Assembly: GCF_000015945.1 (NCBI RefSeq)
Contig: NC_009033.1
Location: 1,380,001 to 1,412,000, forward strand
Source: Staphylothermus marinus F1
Lineage (GTDB): Archaea; Thermoproteota; Thermoprotei_A; Sulfolobales; Desulfurococcaceae
Direction of reading: 5' to 3'
DNA: 32,000 bases
In this document: piece after piece, positions 9,704-18,256 of the stretch
How the letters are laid out: each line of letters opens with the position of its first letter
Position numbering within the stretch: the first letter of the stretch is position 1
Notes under the pieces: generated by a model
Told to the model about the DNA's origin: nothing
The model's input: only the letters and a program-made list of their open reading frames with translations
Databases searched by the model: none
Position numbers and translations under genes: made by a program

Positions 9704-9764
9704 TATGGTCAGCTGAGCAACTCCTCAGCACTATTCAGCTGAAAACCGGGCTCTTCATCCCATA
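9704..9764 (-). ncRNA. Candidate C/D-box sRNA (61 nt), tentative
   Basis: Minus strand reads UAUGG-G-AUGAAGA(C-like)-13 nt-CUGA(D')-AUA-GUGCUGA(C'-like)-12 nt-CUGA(D)-CCAUA. It has a 5-bp terminal stem UAUGG/CCAUA and a T5 tract right after the 3' end. Both C-type boxes deviate from RUGAUGA by one base. The D-guide region also forms a 6-bp hairpin (GCUGAG/CUCAGC), so a plain terminator hairpin is an alternative reading. Confidence 0.3.
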
Positions 9765-9783
9765 ATAGAGAATATAGATGTGT

Positions 9784-10092
9784 TTAAATAAGTTCTTTGA
9801 CTAGTTCCTCTAAATACCTCATCTCAGTAATAGATTTTTCGACATAATCCTTGACCCCCTTCTTTCTTCTCTTCATCAATATTTTTCCAGTAGCTATCAT
9901 TGAAAGGCCTATGCTTGTCGAAATCATCGTTGGATCAGGGACTACGAGGAAAAACCCACTAGCTTTAAGAAGCTTCTCCCCTCTTTCATCGGGTCCTCCA
10001 GCAAGTATTCTGGCAGTATACTTCATGTCCTCAACAATAGAATCCAAATCTGACTTACTCCTCTTCCTTACCAACTGTACCAACTCAACCAC
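9784..10092 (-). CDS. Hypothetical small protein with one central hydrophobic segment
   Basis: 102-codon ORF, not antisense to any better ORF, lying upstream of the AAA+/VWA pair on the same strand. No motif recognised. Confidence 0.5.
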   Translation of the reverse strand: MVELVQLVRKRSKSDLDSIVEDMKYTARILAGGPDERGEKLLKASGFFLVVPDPTMISTSIGLSMIATGKILMKRRKKGVKDYVEKSITEMRYLEELVKELI

Positions 10093-10138
10093 CTAAAAAT
10101 AATCCATATCCAAATAATATAGTAGACATATCTCTTTG

Positions 10139-10146
10139 TTTATAAT
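10139..10146 (+). promoter_or_regulatory. TATA-box-like element (TTTATAAT) positioned for a leaderless DUF123 transcript
   Basis: TTTATAAT is centred about 23 nt upstream of ATG 10165, with no SD motif in between. This geometry is typical of crenarchaeal leaderless mRNAs. Confidence 0.35.
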
Positions 10147-10164
10147 CAGGGGGACAGAATACTT

Positions 10165-10623
10165 ATGAGTAAATACGATATCCCTAAAAGTAAAGGATAC
10201 TATGTCTTATTCATAAATGTTGGTAAAGCATGTAGAATAACGACTAGGAGCGGGAAAAAATTCAATATTAAACCAGGTATCTACGTATATTTAGGCTCAG
10301 CTTTTGGAAGAGGCGGACTATATTCTAGAATAATGAGGCATCTCAGAAAAAGAAAGAAACTATTTTGGCACATAGATTATTTACTAACCTGTAAACAAGT
10401 AGAGATCATAGAATACCTAACTATAGAATGCTCAAAAAATAAATGCATAGATTACGAATCATTCATATCTAGAACACTAACAAACATGTTTGAACCAATA
10501 AAAGGGTTTGGTTGTAGCGATAAACCCAAAGATACTTCTCATCTCTTCTATTGTGGGAGATCCATGCACAGATGTAAGTCATTAATAGAAAAAATACTAG
10601 CGAATACAAATTCAAAACTATGA
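10165..10623 (+). CDS. DUF123 domain protein (GIY-YIG nuclease superfamily)
   Basis: GIYVYLGSAFGRGGLYSRIMRHLRKRKKLFWHIDYLL matches the DUF123 pattern (G.Y.Y.GSA....L..R..RH.......WHIDYL). Confidence 0.75.
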   Translation: MSKYDIPKSKGYYVLFINVGKACRITTRSGKKFNIKPGIYVYLGSAFGRGGLYSRIMRHLRKRKKLFWHIDYLLTCKQVEIIEYLTIECSKNKCIDYESFISRTLTNMFEPIKGFGCSDKPKDTSHLFYCGRSMHRCKSLIEKILANTNSKL

Positions 10624-10719
10624 ACTCCATAGAAACTCCTAGGATAACAAAATTATATTAACCCCTCTTAATATTATCAAGAACTATATCCATAACTCTT
10701 ATAGGAGTCGAAACACGTA

Positions 10720-11181
10720 ATGTCCGAATCAGATAAGATAAATTCCTCATCTTCTAATAAGAAAAACATCATAGATCTAAAAGCTGGTGAAGAAGGAGTA
10801 CACATAACTGCTAGAGTACTAGAAACAACTCCGCCAAAAGTAATACAGACAAGGAAAGGACCTAGAACAATAAGCAACGCTGTACTCGGAGATAAAACAG
10901 GCAGAGTTAATGCAACATTATGGGGTAGTAAAGCAGGAACACTGGAAGAAGGCAAAGTTGTAGATATAAAAGGTGCTTGGACAACCAGTTACCGCGGAAA
11001 AGTCCAGATCAATATTGGGAGGAGCACCGAAGTAAACGAAGTAGATGATAAAGAGGTTCCTTCAGCTGAAGAAATACCCGAAGACCAACCAACAGCACCC
11101 GATACATACAGAAACAGAGCATTTGGCGCTCGTAAACAAGGATTTTATAGACAAGGAAGAGGAACCTATAGGCGAAAATAG
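10720..11181 (+). CDS. ssb: Single-stranded DNA-binding protein, crenarchaeal single-OB type with flexible C-terminal tail
   Basis: Aligns by eye with Sulfolobus SSB. Here: ITARVLE..PRTISNAVLGDKTGRVNATLWGSKAGTLEEGKVVDIKGAWTTSYRGKVQINIG. Sulfolobus: [60 protein letters not shown]. It ends in a proline/acidic then R/G-rich tail. Confidence 0.9.
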   Translation: MSESDKINSSSSNKKNIIDLKAGEEGVHITARVLETTPPKVIQTRKGPRTISNAVLGDKTGRVNATLWGSKAGTLEEGKVVDIKGAWTTSYRGKVQINIGRSTEVNEVDDKEVPSAEEIPEDQPTAPDTYRNRAFGARKQGFYRQGRGTYRRK

Positions 11182-11186
11182 CAAGT

Positions 11187-11196
11187 AGGAGGAGGA
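11187..11196 (+). promoter_or_regulatory. Strong Shine-Dalgarno motif (AGGAGGAGGA) coupling the PqqD-like gene to ssb
   Basis: AGGAGGAGGA begins 6 nt after the ssb stop codon (11179-11181) and ends 6 nt before ATG 11203. Strong SD motifs in crenarchaea mark operon-internal genes. Confidence 0.5.
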
Positions 11197-11202
11197 TCCA
11201 AT

Positions 11203-11532
11203 ATGTGTGCAGAGAACTCAAATGAGCAACATAAAGAACAAATAAACGCTAATGAAATGTTTAATGAAATAAAAACGTTGAAACCTCTTAGGCAAGGAGT
11301 TTTCCTAGGCGAAGAAGACGAGAAATTCTATGTCGCCAAATCCGAGAAGGAAGTATATGAGCTATCAGCATTAGCATATTATGTATGGCTACTATGCGAT
11401 GGAGAACATACTGTTAACGAGATCCTTGAAAGAATGAGTAACGATATAAAAGTAGAACAATCAGAAGTTATAGAGCCACTAGTTCTATCTCTACATAGTC
11501 TATCTCATGCTGGCCTAGTAAGATTCGCTTAA
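11203..11532 (+). CDS. PqqD-family small protein (RRE-type winged-helix peptide-binding fold)
   Basis: EVYELSALAYYVWLLCDGEHTVNEILERMSNDIKVEQSEVIEPLVLSLHSLSHAGLVRF follows the PqqD pattern (..LN.ta..iw.l.dG..tv.eI...l...y.v....v..Dv..fl..L...GLv). Confidence 0.65.
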   Translation: MCAENSNEQHKEQINANEMFNEIKTLKPLRQGVFLGEEDEKFYVAKSEKEVYELSALAYYVWLLCDGEHTVNEILERMSNDIKVEQSEVIEPLVLSLHSLSHAGLVRFA

Positions 11533-11566
11533 GATAGATACACATATATTTTACGTTAACAAATAA

Positions 11567-11572
11567 TTTTTT
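11567..11572 (+). terminator. Oligo-T tract (T6) after the ssb/PqqD-like unit
   Basis: aaTTTTTTat lies 35 nt after the stop at 11530-11532. Confidence 0.3.
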
Positions 11573-11716
11573 ATGACATATTTCCTTGTTAATATTTTTA
11601 AACCTTTATTCATTATTCTTTAAATAAACATATAAATTATATTGATTAAACCAAACTATGTTAATCATGATTAGGAAGAATCCATAAACTATATCAATAT
11701 CCTTAAGAAGAGGATA

Positions 11717-13084
11717 TTGATAATGAAATCTATAGCGACGATCAAAGAATTAAGTAAAGGGCTAAGCCTCGTACAGTTATTATTTATATTTGAGGCTTTT
11801 TTCGGCTCGTTTTATGTATCTATAACACGTGGTATAACACCAATATTTCTTGTTAGATTAGGATATCAATTAAAGGACTTATTGTTTTTAAATGCCATGG
11901 GAGGATTCTTAGCATTATTAATTGCTATTTCCTTATACAATATGCCACGGATAAAGATTTCTAAAACAAAAATAATCTCTGCTTTAACAATTGAGAGAGT
12001 AATGTGGGTCCTTATTTATTTTCTATCACCATTTAGAGATCTTCTACCTATTATATATGGATTAGCTCTTGCCGCACCTCTGGCATCTAGTATATTTTTA
12101 AACATATCAATGCTTTCACTATTCGATGAAAAAGATTATAGAAGAGTAACATCGTTTAGAGGAGCTTTTGGAGGGATAGCAACTATTATATCACAGTTTA
12201 TAAATGTAACCGTATTAATGCTTTATAGTGGTATAATGAAGTTTATGTTTCTATATTCGGTTGCATTTATTATTGGAATGTTTTCTCCTATATTGATGAT
12301 TTTTATACCTGAGATACCGGTGCTCCAAACTACTGTTTTGAAAACTGATGTTGAAGTTGAAATAAGAGTATCAAATATATTCTTGTTAATAACTATGTAT
12401 TTAGCTTCTATATCACTTCTTAACATTGCTTGGATACCCTACTTGTTAAATGTTTTTGGTGTTCCAGACTATTATGTAGCAGTTATTGGTTTAACGCAGA
12501 CATTGACCAGTATAATATCCAGTATTTACTGGACAAATAAAAGCTTAAAAACATATAGATCAGCCATGATTATTATTGGATTAATTCCTATACTAGTAAG
12601 TTATACAACCATACCCACATTCCATCTATTATATGCTGTATTATTAGGTTTCGCAAATGTTGGAGCAAACTTCTATGCAAGCTTCTCATATGCTAGTTTG
12701 ATTAGAAAACTAGGTGTATATCGTGCCGGTATAATGCTTCCGGCAGCATCATATCTTGCATTAACCATTGCTGGTATTACAGGATATTTTGTAGGATTAA
12801 ATTATTCATATGTATTTATCTTGTCAGCAATATATAGTCTAATAGGTTTGTCAATTGCGATATTTGCTCTTCCAGAACTCTCCATAGTTAAGTCGCCTTA
12901 TACAAGAATATATTCGAGGATACTATATCATACATCGATTTTTGGATATAGTATAATAATGTATAGCCTAGCTAGTACTGCTAAATTAGTCTTAAAAATA
13001 ATTATTCTACTTTCTGCATTGCTTCTACTATACCTTATTTACAAGATGATCTATTACATAATCATTATTAGTGGAGGGATTTAA
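11717..13084 (+). CDS. Polytopic membrane protein (about 12 TM), MFS-like transporter
   Basis: 455 codons, hydrophobic throughout, with two blocks of roughly six helices separated by a loop (VLQTTVLKTDVEVEIR). The ORF track start is TTG 11717 and ATG 11723 is equally possible. The family assignment is by topology only. Confidence 0.5.
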   Translation: MIMKSIATIKELSKGLSLVQLLFIFEAFFGSFYVSITRGITPIFLVRLGYQLKDLLFLNAMGGFLALLIAISLYNMPRIKISKTKIISALTIERVMWVLIYFLSPFRDLLPIIYGLALAAPLASSIFLNISMLSLFDEKDYRRVTSFRGAFGGIATIISQFINVTVLMLYSGIMKFMFLYSVAFIIGMFSPILMIFIPEIPVLQTTVLKTDVEVEIRVSNIFLLITMYLASISLLNIAWIPYLLNVFGVPDYYVAVIGLTQTLTSIISSIYWTNKSLKTYRSAMIIIGLIPILVSYTTIPTFHLLYAVLLGFANVGANFYASFSYASLIRKLGVYRAGIMLPAASYLALTIAGITGYFVGLNYSYVFILSAIYSLIGLSIAIFALPELSIVKSPYTRIYSRILYHTSIFGYSIIMYSLASTAKLVLKIIILLSALLLLYLIYKMIYYIIIISGGI

Positions 13085-13740
13085 TGATGACCATAATACA
13101 CTCTATAATATTAAACAATCAAACAACCACCAATGTTACGGGAACTGAGATATTATGGGATGCTTTAAAACTTGCACTCCGAGACCTAGTTGAGGCTCTC
13201 CCAGCTATTGCAATAACGCTTGTTATCATAGCAATTTATTCTCTAATAGCATTTATTCTAACCAGAATAGTTCAAGCATTATTTAAACTAGTTAATATAG
13301 ATGCGTGGTTTAAGCCTTTGCAGGAATATAGGATCAGATTATCGTCAATTATTATTTTACTAATAAATATAGGTATAGTATTACTAGCAATTTATTCTAT
13401 TGTTGCACTTCTCTACCCAAGCAATATACCTCTAATCACCTATATAGTATTATTCATAGGGAGAATTGCTAGCGTAATTTTTGTTACAATATTTATGTTT
13501 CTAATGCTTGAAACAATTATAGAACGAATAAGAATGGAAGCTAAACTGCGAGGTTTCATGTTCCTATTGATATTATTTATCTCGCTAGCTTTAGTATTAG
13601 ATGTAACTACATTATCCAATGAAGTAAAAAACGCTCTCGCATTTGGGATAAGTTTAGGTATAGGATTAATGATCGGAGTATTTGCTGCTTGGTACTTCTT
13701 CCACGACGTAATAGAGAAGAAGATTAAGGGAAAACAGTAA
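13084..13740 (+). CDS. Hypothetical membrane protein (5-6 TM)
   Basis: Its start overlaps the stop of the upstream gene (ttTAATGATGa at 13082-13089, 1-nt overlap), implying translational coupling. Multiple hydrophobic helices, no motif recognised. Confidence 0.6.
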   Translation: MMTIIHSIILNNQTTTNVTGTEILWDALKLALRDLVEALPAIAITLVIIAIYSLIAFILTRIVQALFKLVNIDAWFKPLQEYRIRLSSIIILLINIGIVLLAIYSIVALLYPSNIPLITYIVLFIGRIASVIFVTIFMFLMLETIIERIRMEAKLRGFMFLLILFISLALVLDVTTLSNEVKNALAFGISLGIGLMIGVFAAWYFFHDVIEKKIKGKQ

Positions 13741-13791
13741 TTAGAGAGGTTTATTGAGAATAGGTTATATAGGAATGGACTGTTTTGTGAG

Positions 13792-14928
13792 ATGACTAGA
13801 TTTATGAATGCAGTAATAAAAATAATTGCAATATTCATGATAATAGTGATACTGAACAACATATATACTTCTCAGGGACTGTTCAGTAATTATAGTTTTT
13901 CAAATAATTATAGACTCGACTTAGAAAACTATATTGTTGGAGTCAAAATATATGGTAATATAACAAATTTAGGGAAAGAACCTATTTATTTAAATGAAAC
14001 TGATCTCTTCGTATTCGATTACCCATTAAATCTTTCTGATCAGCGAGTAATTGGTGCAAAGGCATATGTTGACAGTAATATTAGCAGTTATCACATTACC
14101 GGGACAGAAGATACAGCATCCTTAATTATTGAAACACCTCTGGCTAATTCAACGCTTAAACCTAACGATACAATTTCCGTAGGGGTAGAATATAATGTTT
14201 CAATTAATCGTAAGGATCGTGTATTAGCGATAGTTGATTTCAACACTTATAATACAAGTTTCCTTATAGAAAAAGCTGGTACATGGAGGGATATTCCTCA
14301 AGAACTATTAATAAACAATACAGAGTCGACAAAGTTATGGAATTATACTAATCCATTAATACAACTATTACTAAAATACTTTAATCAAACCATTGATAAG
14401 AATAAGCCTTTATCTTTAGTTCTAAACATAATGAGTTGGTTCGATAAAAACATTATTTACTCTACCCGAATACCGCCCAGACATCCATGGGAGGTTCTCG
14501 TTGAGGGAGCTGGAGATTGTGATGATCAATCCAATCTATTAATCACTGTTCTCCGTGCTTTCAAAATACCTAGTTATCTTGAAATAGGATTTGTATATAT
14601 ATCAAAGAACTACTACTATAAGGGAACCGAAGCCAACGGATATTTCATCTATGTATTTAAAGGTGGAGGAGGACATGGATGGGTTGTAGCATACATTCCT
14701 CCTTGGGGATGGTTAAGAATAGACTTAACAGCTAGCTTGGGTAAAGGGTTAGACCATATAAGAAATGCAGCATTCTACATTCTTCCAACAGTAGTTATAG
14801 AAAGAGTTAGAAAAGGTGATTATGCTGTCCAATCAGCTAAATCTACGCAGGAAATAGAGGAGAAACACTTGCTAACATATGTAGTCTTAGAAATGATTGA
14901 TTATCAATTCGTTAATAATAGTTCATAA
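13792..14928 (+). CDS. Membrane-anchored, probably extracellular transglutaminase-like cysteine protease domain protein
   Basis: N-terminal anchor IIAIFMIIVILNNIY. Transglutaminase-core triad in canonical order and context: GAGDCDDQSNLL (Cys codon 14518-14520), GGGGHGWVVAY (His 14674-14676), WLRIDLT (Asp 14722-14724). About a dozen N-x-S/T sequons lie in the N-terminal 200 aa. Confidence 0.75.
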   Translation: MTRFMNAVIKIIAIFMIIVILNNIYTSQGLFSNYSFSNNYRLDLENYIVGVKIYGNITNLGKEPIYLNETDLFVFDYPLNLSDQRVIGAKAYVDSNISSYHITGTEDTASLIIETPLANSTLKPNDTISVGVEYNVSINRKDRVLAIVDFNTYNTSFLIEKAGTWRDIPQELLINNTESTKLWNYTNPLIQLLLKYFNQTIDKNKPLSLVLNIMSWFDKNIIYSTRIPPRHPWEVLVEGAGDCDDQSNLLITVLRAFKIPSYLEIGFVYISKNYYYKGTEANGYFIYVFKGGGGHGWVVAYIPPWGWLRIDLTASLGKGLDHIRNAAFYILPTVVIERVRKGDYAVQSAKSTQEIEEKHLLTYVVLEMIDYQFVNNSS

Positions 14929-14976
14929 AGGTATTTTCAAATAACTACTACTGAGATTGCGTAAACTATGTCGAAT

Positions 14977-15300
14977 TTAATACCAAACATTGTCTTTATA
15001 TACTTTCGAGATCTCCTCATATTTCTTCTCTATCATCGATAGTATTTCATTACCATGAACCCGTATTAAGTGAAGATAGAGGCCTTTCCTCGTAAATGGT
15101 CCTCTTAAACATATACCGCATCTTAAATGCCCATTTTTCTCAGTTACAATAGTTGAAGCCACTTCTCCAACAGCTTTTCGCATAATAATGTATCTTGATG
15201 AACCCACTATTCTTTGAAGTTCTAGGTCGTCAGCAGGCAATCCCACAGCTCTTCTTACGACGTATTTGATTAATCTATTCGTTAAAACATTAACTCCCAA
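14977..15300 (-). CDS. Small protein with C2H2-type zinc-finger-like motif
   Basis: CGICLRGPFTRKGLYLHLIRVHG gives C-x2-C-x15-H-x4-H spacing. The ORF track start is TTG 15300, and the true start is uncertain. Confidence 0.45.
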   Translation of the reverse strand: MGVNVLTNRLIKYVVRRAVGLPADDLELQRIVGSSRYIIMRKAVGEVASTIVTEKNGHLRCGICLRGPFTRKGLYLHLIRVHGNEILSMIEKKYEEISKVYKDNVWY

Positions 15301-15412
15301 AAAACATCACCTCATAATCATTATGTGTTGCGAAATAATGTTTTAAGGGAAACGGCTAATAGAGAAATAAATGTTGAATAAATCGAGTAATTTTGGATTC
15401 ATCGTATCCTAG

Positions 15413-16594
15413 GTGAGAAGTTTGGATAAGATCTATATTGTAGGCGTAGGTATGACTAAGATTGGCAGATTCTATGAGCGTAGTGGTAGAGAATTATTTG
15501 TTGAAGCATTATCGAAAGCAATCGATGATGCTGGTGGGCTAAAACCGAAAGCACTTGTAGTTGGAAATATGACTTCTAGCGTGTTAATGGAGCAGGACAG
15601 TCTTGGCGCACTTCTAGCAGATTATGGCGGTCTCAGAGGTGTTCCAGCTTTTAAAGTTGAAGCGGCATGTGGTAGTGGTGGTGCTGCATTCTATGCTGGC
15701 TATAGCTTAGTCAAATCAGGCTTAGCTGATGTTGTTGCTGTTGGTGGTTTGGAGAAATTAACTGAAAACTTGACTTCTGCGGTCACTAAAGCATTGGCGC
15801 AGGCAGCTGATGCAGAGTATGAATTGTTTTATGGTGTAAGCTTTACAGGGTTAAATGCTATGATTGCTCGGCTATACATGAACAAGTTTAACTATACCCG
15901 TGAAGATCTAGCTTATTGGGCTCTGCGAATGCATGAGTATGCCTCGTATAATCCTTATGCACAATTACCTAGAAAGACGACTTTAGAAGCCATACTGAAA
16001 AGTCCCGTGGTTGCTGATCCTCTGCATCTATTTGATTGCTCACCAATAGGTGACGGTGCAGCGGTAGCTATTCTTGTCAGGGGAGAGGAAAGAGCTAGAG
16101 AAATAGCCAAAGCTATGGGTAGGGACGTCTTGGTGGAAGTTAAAGGAGTTGCATTGGCAACCGACTCTGTTGATCTAGGCTCTAGAAACAACTTGTTAGC
16201 ATTAGAATCAACGATCAAAGCTAGTAGAGAAGCATATAAAATGGCTGGTATTAGGGCAAAAGATATAGACTATGTAGAAGTACATGATGCTTTTCATATC
16301 ACCGGATACCTCGCATTAGAAGATATGGGCTTCGCTCCGAAAGGTGAAGCTCCAAAACTATGGAAAGAAGGAAGATTCGGTAAAGGCGATAAACCAGAGG
16401 TGAACTTTAGTGGTGGATTAAAAGCTCGCGGACACCCTGTAGGAGCTACAGGTGTTTATCAAATAGTTGAAGCTACTATGCAGTTGCGAGGGGACTTTCC
16501 AGGTTATAAAGCAAGTGATCCAGAAATAGCTGCTACCCAAAATATTGGTGGAGTAGGAACATATACTACTGTTACTGTATTAAAGAGAACGTAA
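15413..16594 (+). CDS. Thiolase-superfamily acetyl-CoA C-acyltransferase (archaeal SCP-x-type thiolase)
   Basis: N-terminal IYIVGVGMTKIGR. Nucleophile-Cys block VEAACGSGGAAF. C-terminal blocks NFSGGLKARGHPVGATG and QNIGGVGT. GTG start as listed. Confidence 0.85.
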   Translation: MRSLDKIYIVGVGMTKIGRFYERSGRELFVEALSKAIDDAGGLKPKALVVGNMTSSVLMEQDSLGALLADYGGLRGVPAFKVEAACGSGGAAFYAGYSLVKSGLADVVAVGGLEKLTENLTSAVTKALAQAADAEYELFYGVSFTGLNAMIARLYMNKFNYTREDLAYWALRMHEYASYNPYAQLPRKTTLEAILKSPVVADPLHLFDCSPIGDGAAVAILVRGEERAREIAKAMGRDVLVEVKGVALATDSVDLGSRNNLLALESTIKASREAYKMAGIRAKDIDYVEVHDAFHITGYLALEDMGFAPKGEAPKLWKEGRFGKGDKPEVNFSGGLKARGHPVGATGVYQIVEATMQLRGDFPGYKASDPEIAATQNIGGVGTYTTVTVLKRT

Positions 16595-16681
16595 TATAAT
16601 AGTTATTTTTATTAATCATGAGAACTCAGTAATTCACAGATATCTCTTAATCACTTATACTTTATAAGGTGTTGTTAGAAA

Positions 16682-18247
16682 TTGAATAAAAAAGATATCA
16701 GAGACTTGATGGAGGAAGTTAAAAAATACCGTGAAAAATCAATACTTGGTGGAGGAGTAGAGAAAATAGAAAAACAGAGGGAAAAAGGGAAATTATGGGT
16801 TAGAGACAGGATACAGAAACTTCTTGATCCGGGATCTTTCGAAGAGCTTCAATGGATGAGAATTCATCGCTCCACATATTTCGGGCTGGATAAGATTAAA
16901 TATTATGGAGACGGCGTAGTTGTTGGTTATGGTAGGATAGATGGGAGACTTGTATATATTTATGCACAGGATTTCTCAGTAATGGGGGGAAGCATTGGTG
17001 AGTCACACGCAGACAAAATTGTTAGAATAATTAATATGGCGATCGAAACAGGAGCTCCCGTGATCGGATTATATGATTCTGGGGGTGCAAGAATACAGGA
17101 GGGTGTAGCATCACTACATGGTAGTGGACGAATATTTGCTGCAAACGTTAAAGCTAGTGGGGTTATTCCTCAAATAAGCTTAATACTTGGACCATGTGCT
17201 GGAGCAGCATCTTATAGTCCAGCATTAACTGATTTCATAATAATGGTTAAGAATGCTTTCATGTTCATTACTGGTCCAGAAGTTGTTAAAGCAGCGACAG
17301 GCGTGGAAACAACATTTACAGAGCTTGGAGGCGCACATATACACTCTGCTACAAGTGGTGTTGCACATTTTGTAACTGATGATGAAGATAGTGCTTTCCA
17401 GCTCACTAGGAAGTTATTGTCTTATTTGCCAAACAGCTTCGACGAGGATCCACCATATGTGAAGACAAGCGATCCTATTGATAGAAGAATAGATGAGCTA
17501 TACGAAATCGTGCCAACAGATCCTATGAAACCATTCGATGTAAGAGAAGTTATTATGAGAATAGTGGATGATGGTGATTTCTTAGAGGTACATCGAGACT
17601 ATGCTCGTTCAGCTGTTGTAGGTTTTGGGAGAATAGGTGGACATACTGTTGGAATAGTTGCTAATCAACCAATGGTTAATGCTGGAGTCATAGATATAGA
17701 TGCCTCTAATAAAATTGCTAGATTTGTAAGGTTCTGCGACTCATTCAATATCCCGGTGATAACATTTGTTGATACTCCAGGGTTCATGCCTGGAATAGAC
17801 CAAGAACATGGAGGTATAATAAGGCATGGAGCCAAGATCCTATATGCATATGCTGAAGCAACAGTCCCAATTATTACTGTAATAATGAGAAAAGCATATG
17901 GTGGTGCATACATAGCTATGGGCAGTAGATCTCTTGGCGCAGACATAGTATATGCTTGGCCAACTGCAGAGATAGCTGTTATGGGTCCAGAGGGAGCTGT
18001 ACGAATACTTTATAGAAAAGAAGCCGCTAAACAACCTAATCCAAAAGAATATTTGGAGAAAAAACTTGTTGAGTATAGGAAAATATTTGCTAATCCATAC
18101 AGAGCGGCTGAGCTAGGATATGTTGATGACATTATAGATCCGGCATTAACTAGGTTAAAAATCTATAAAGCATTAGAAGCTTTGAAGGCTAAGAAAGAAG
18201 AAATGCTTCATATAGTACCTAGGAAACATGGGAACATACCCTTGTAA
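16682..18247 (+). CDS. pccB: Acyl-CoA carboxylase carboxyltransferase subunit (propionyl/acetyl-CoA carboxylase beta or methylmalonyl-CoA decarboxylase alpha type)
   Basis: Carboxyl_trans family hallmarks: GKLWVRDRIQKLLDPGSF, GVVVGYGRIDGR.VYIYAQDF.V.GGS.GE, GLYDSGGARIQEG, ITGPEVVK, NIPVITFVDTPGFMPG..QEHGGIIRHGAK, and a C-terminal YVDDIIDP. TTG start as listed, with ATG 16709 as an alternative. Confidence 0.9.
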   Translation: MNKKDIRDLMEEVKKYREKSILGGGVEKIEKQREKGKLWVRDRIQKLLDPGSFEELQWMRIHRSTYFGLDKIKYYGDGVVVGYGRIDGRLVYIYAQDFSVMGGSIGESHADKIVRIINMAIETGAPVIGLYDSGGARIQEGVASLHGSGRIFAANVKASGVIPQISLILGPCAGAASYSPALTDFIIMVKNAFMFITGPEVVKAATGVETTFTELGGAHIHSATSGVAHFVTDDEDSAFQLTRKLLSYLPNSFDEDPPYVKTSDPIDRRIDELYEIVPTDPMKPFDVREVIMRIVDDGDFLEVHRDYARSAVVGFGRIGGHTVGIVANQPMVNAGVIDIDASNKIARFVRFCDSFNIPVITFVDTPGFMPGIDQEHGGIIRHGAKILYAYAEATVPIITVIMRKAYGGAYIAMGSRSLGADIVYAWPTAEIAVMGPEGAVRILYRKEAAKQPNPKEYLEKKLVEYRKIFANPYRAAELGYVDDIIDPALTRLKIYKALEALKAKKEEMLHIVPRKHGNIPL

Positions 18248-18256
18248 CATATGTTT

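Noticed and set aside
11573-11623. Mini-ORF MTYFLVNIFKPLFIIL (and MLIMIRKNP at about 11658) as a RiPP precursor downstream of the PqqD-like gene
   Set aside because: They lie in an A/T-rich spacer where such short ORFs arise by chance. There is no SD or promoter geometry and no leader/core-like features. Mentioned only as something a precursor-scoring tool could test.
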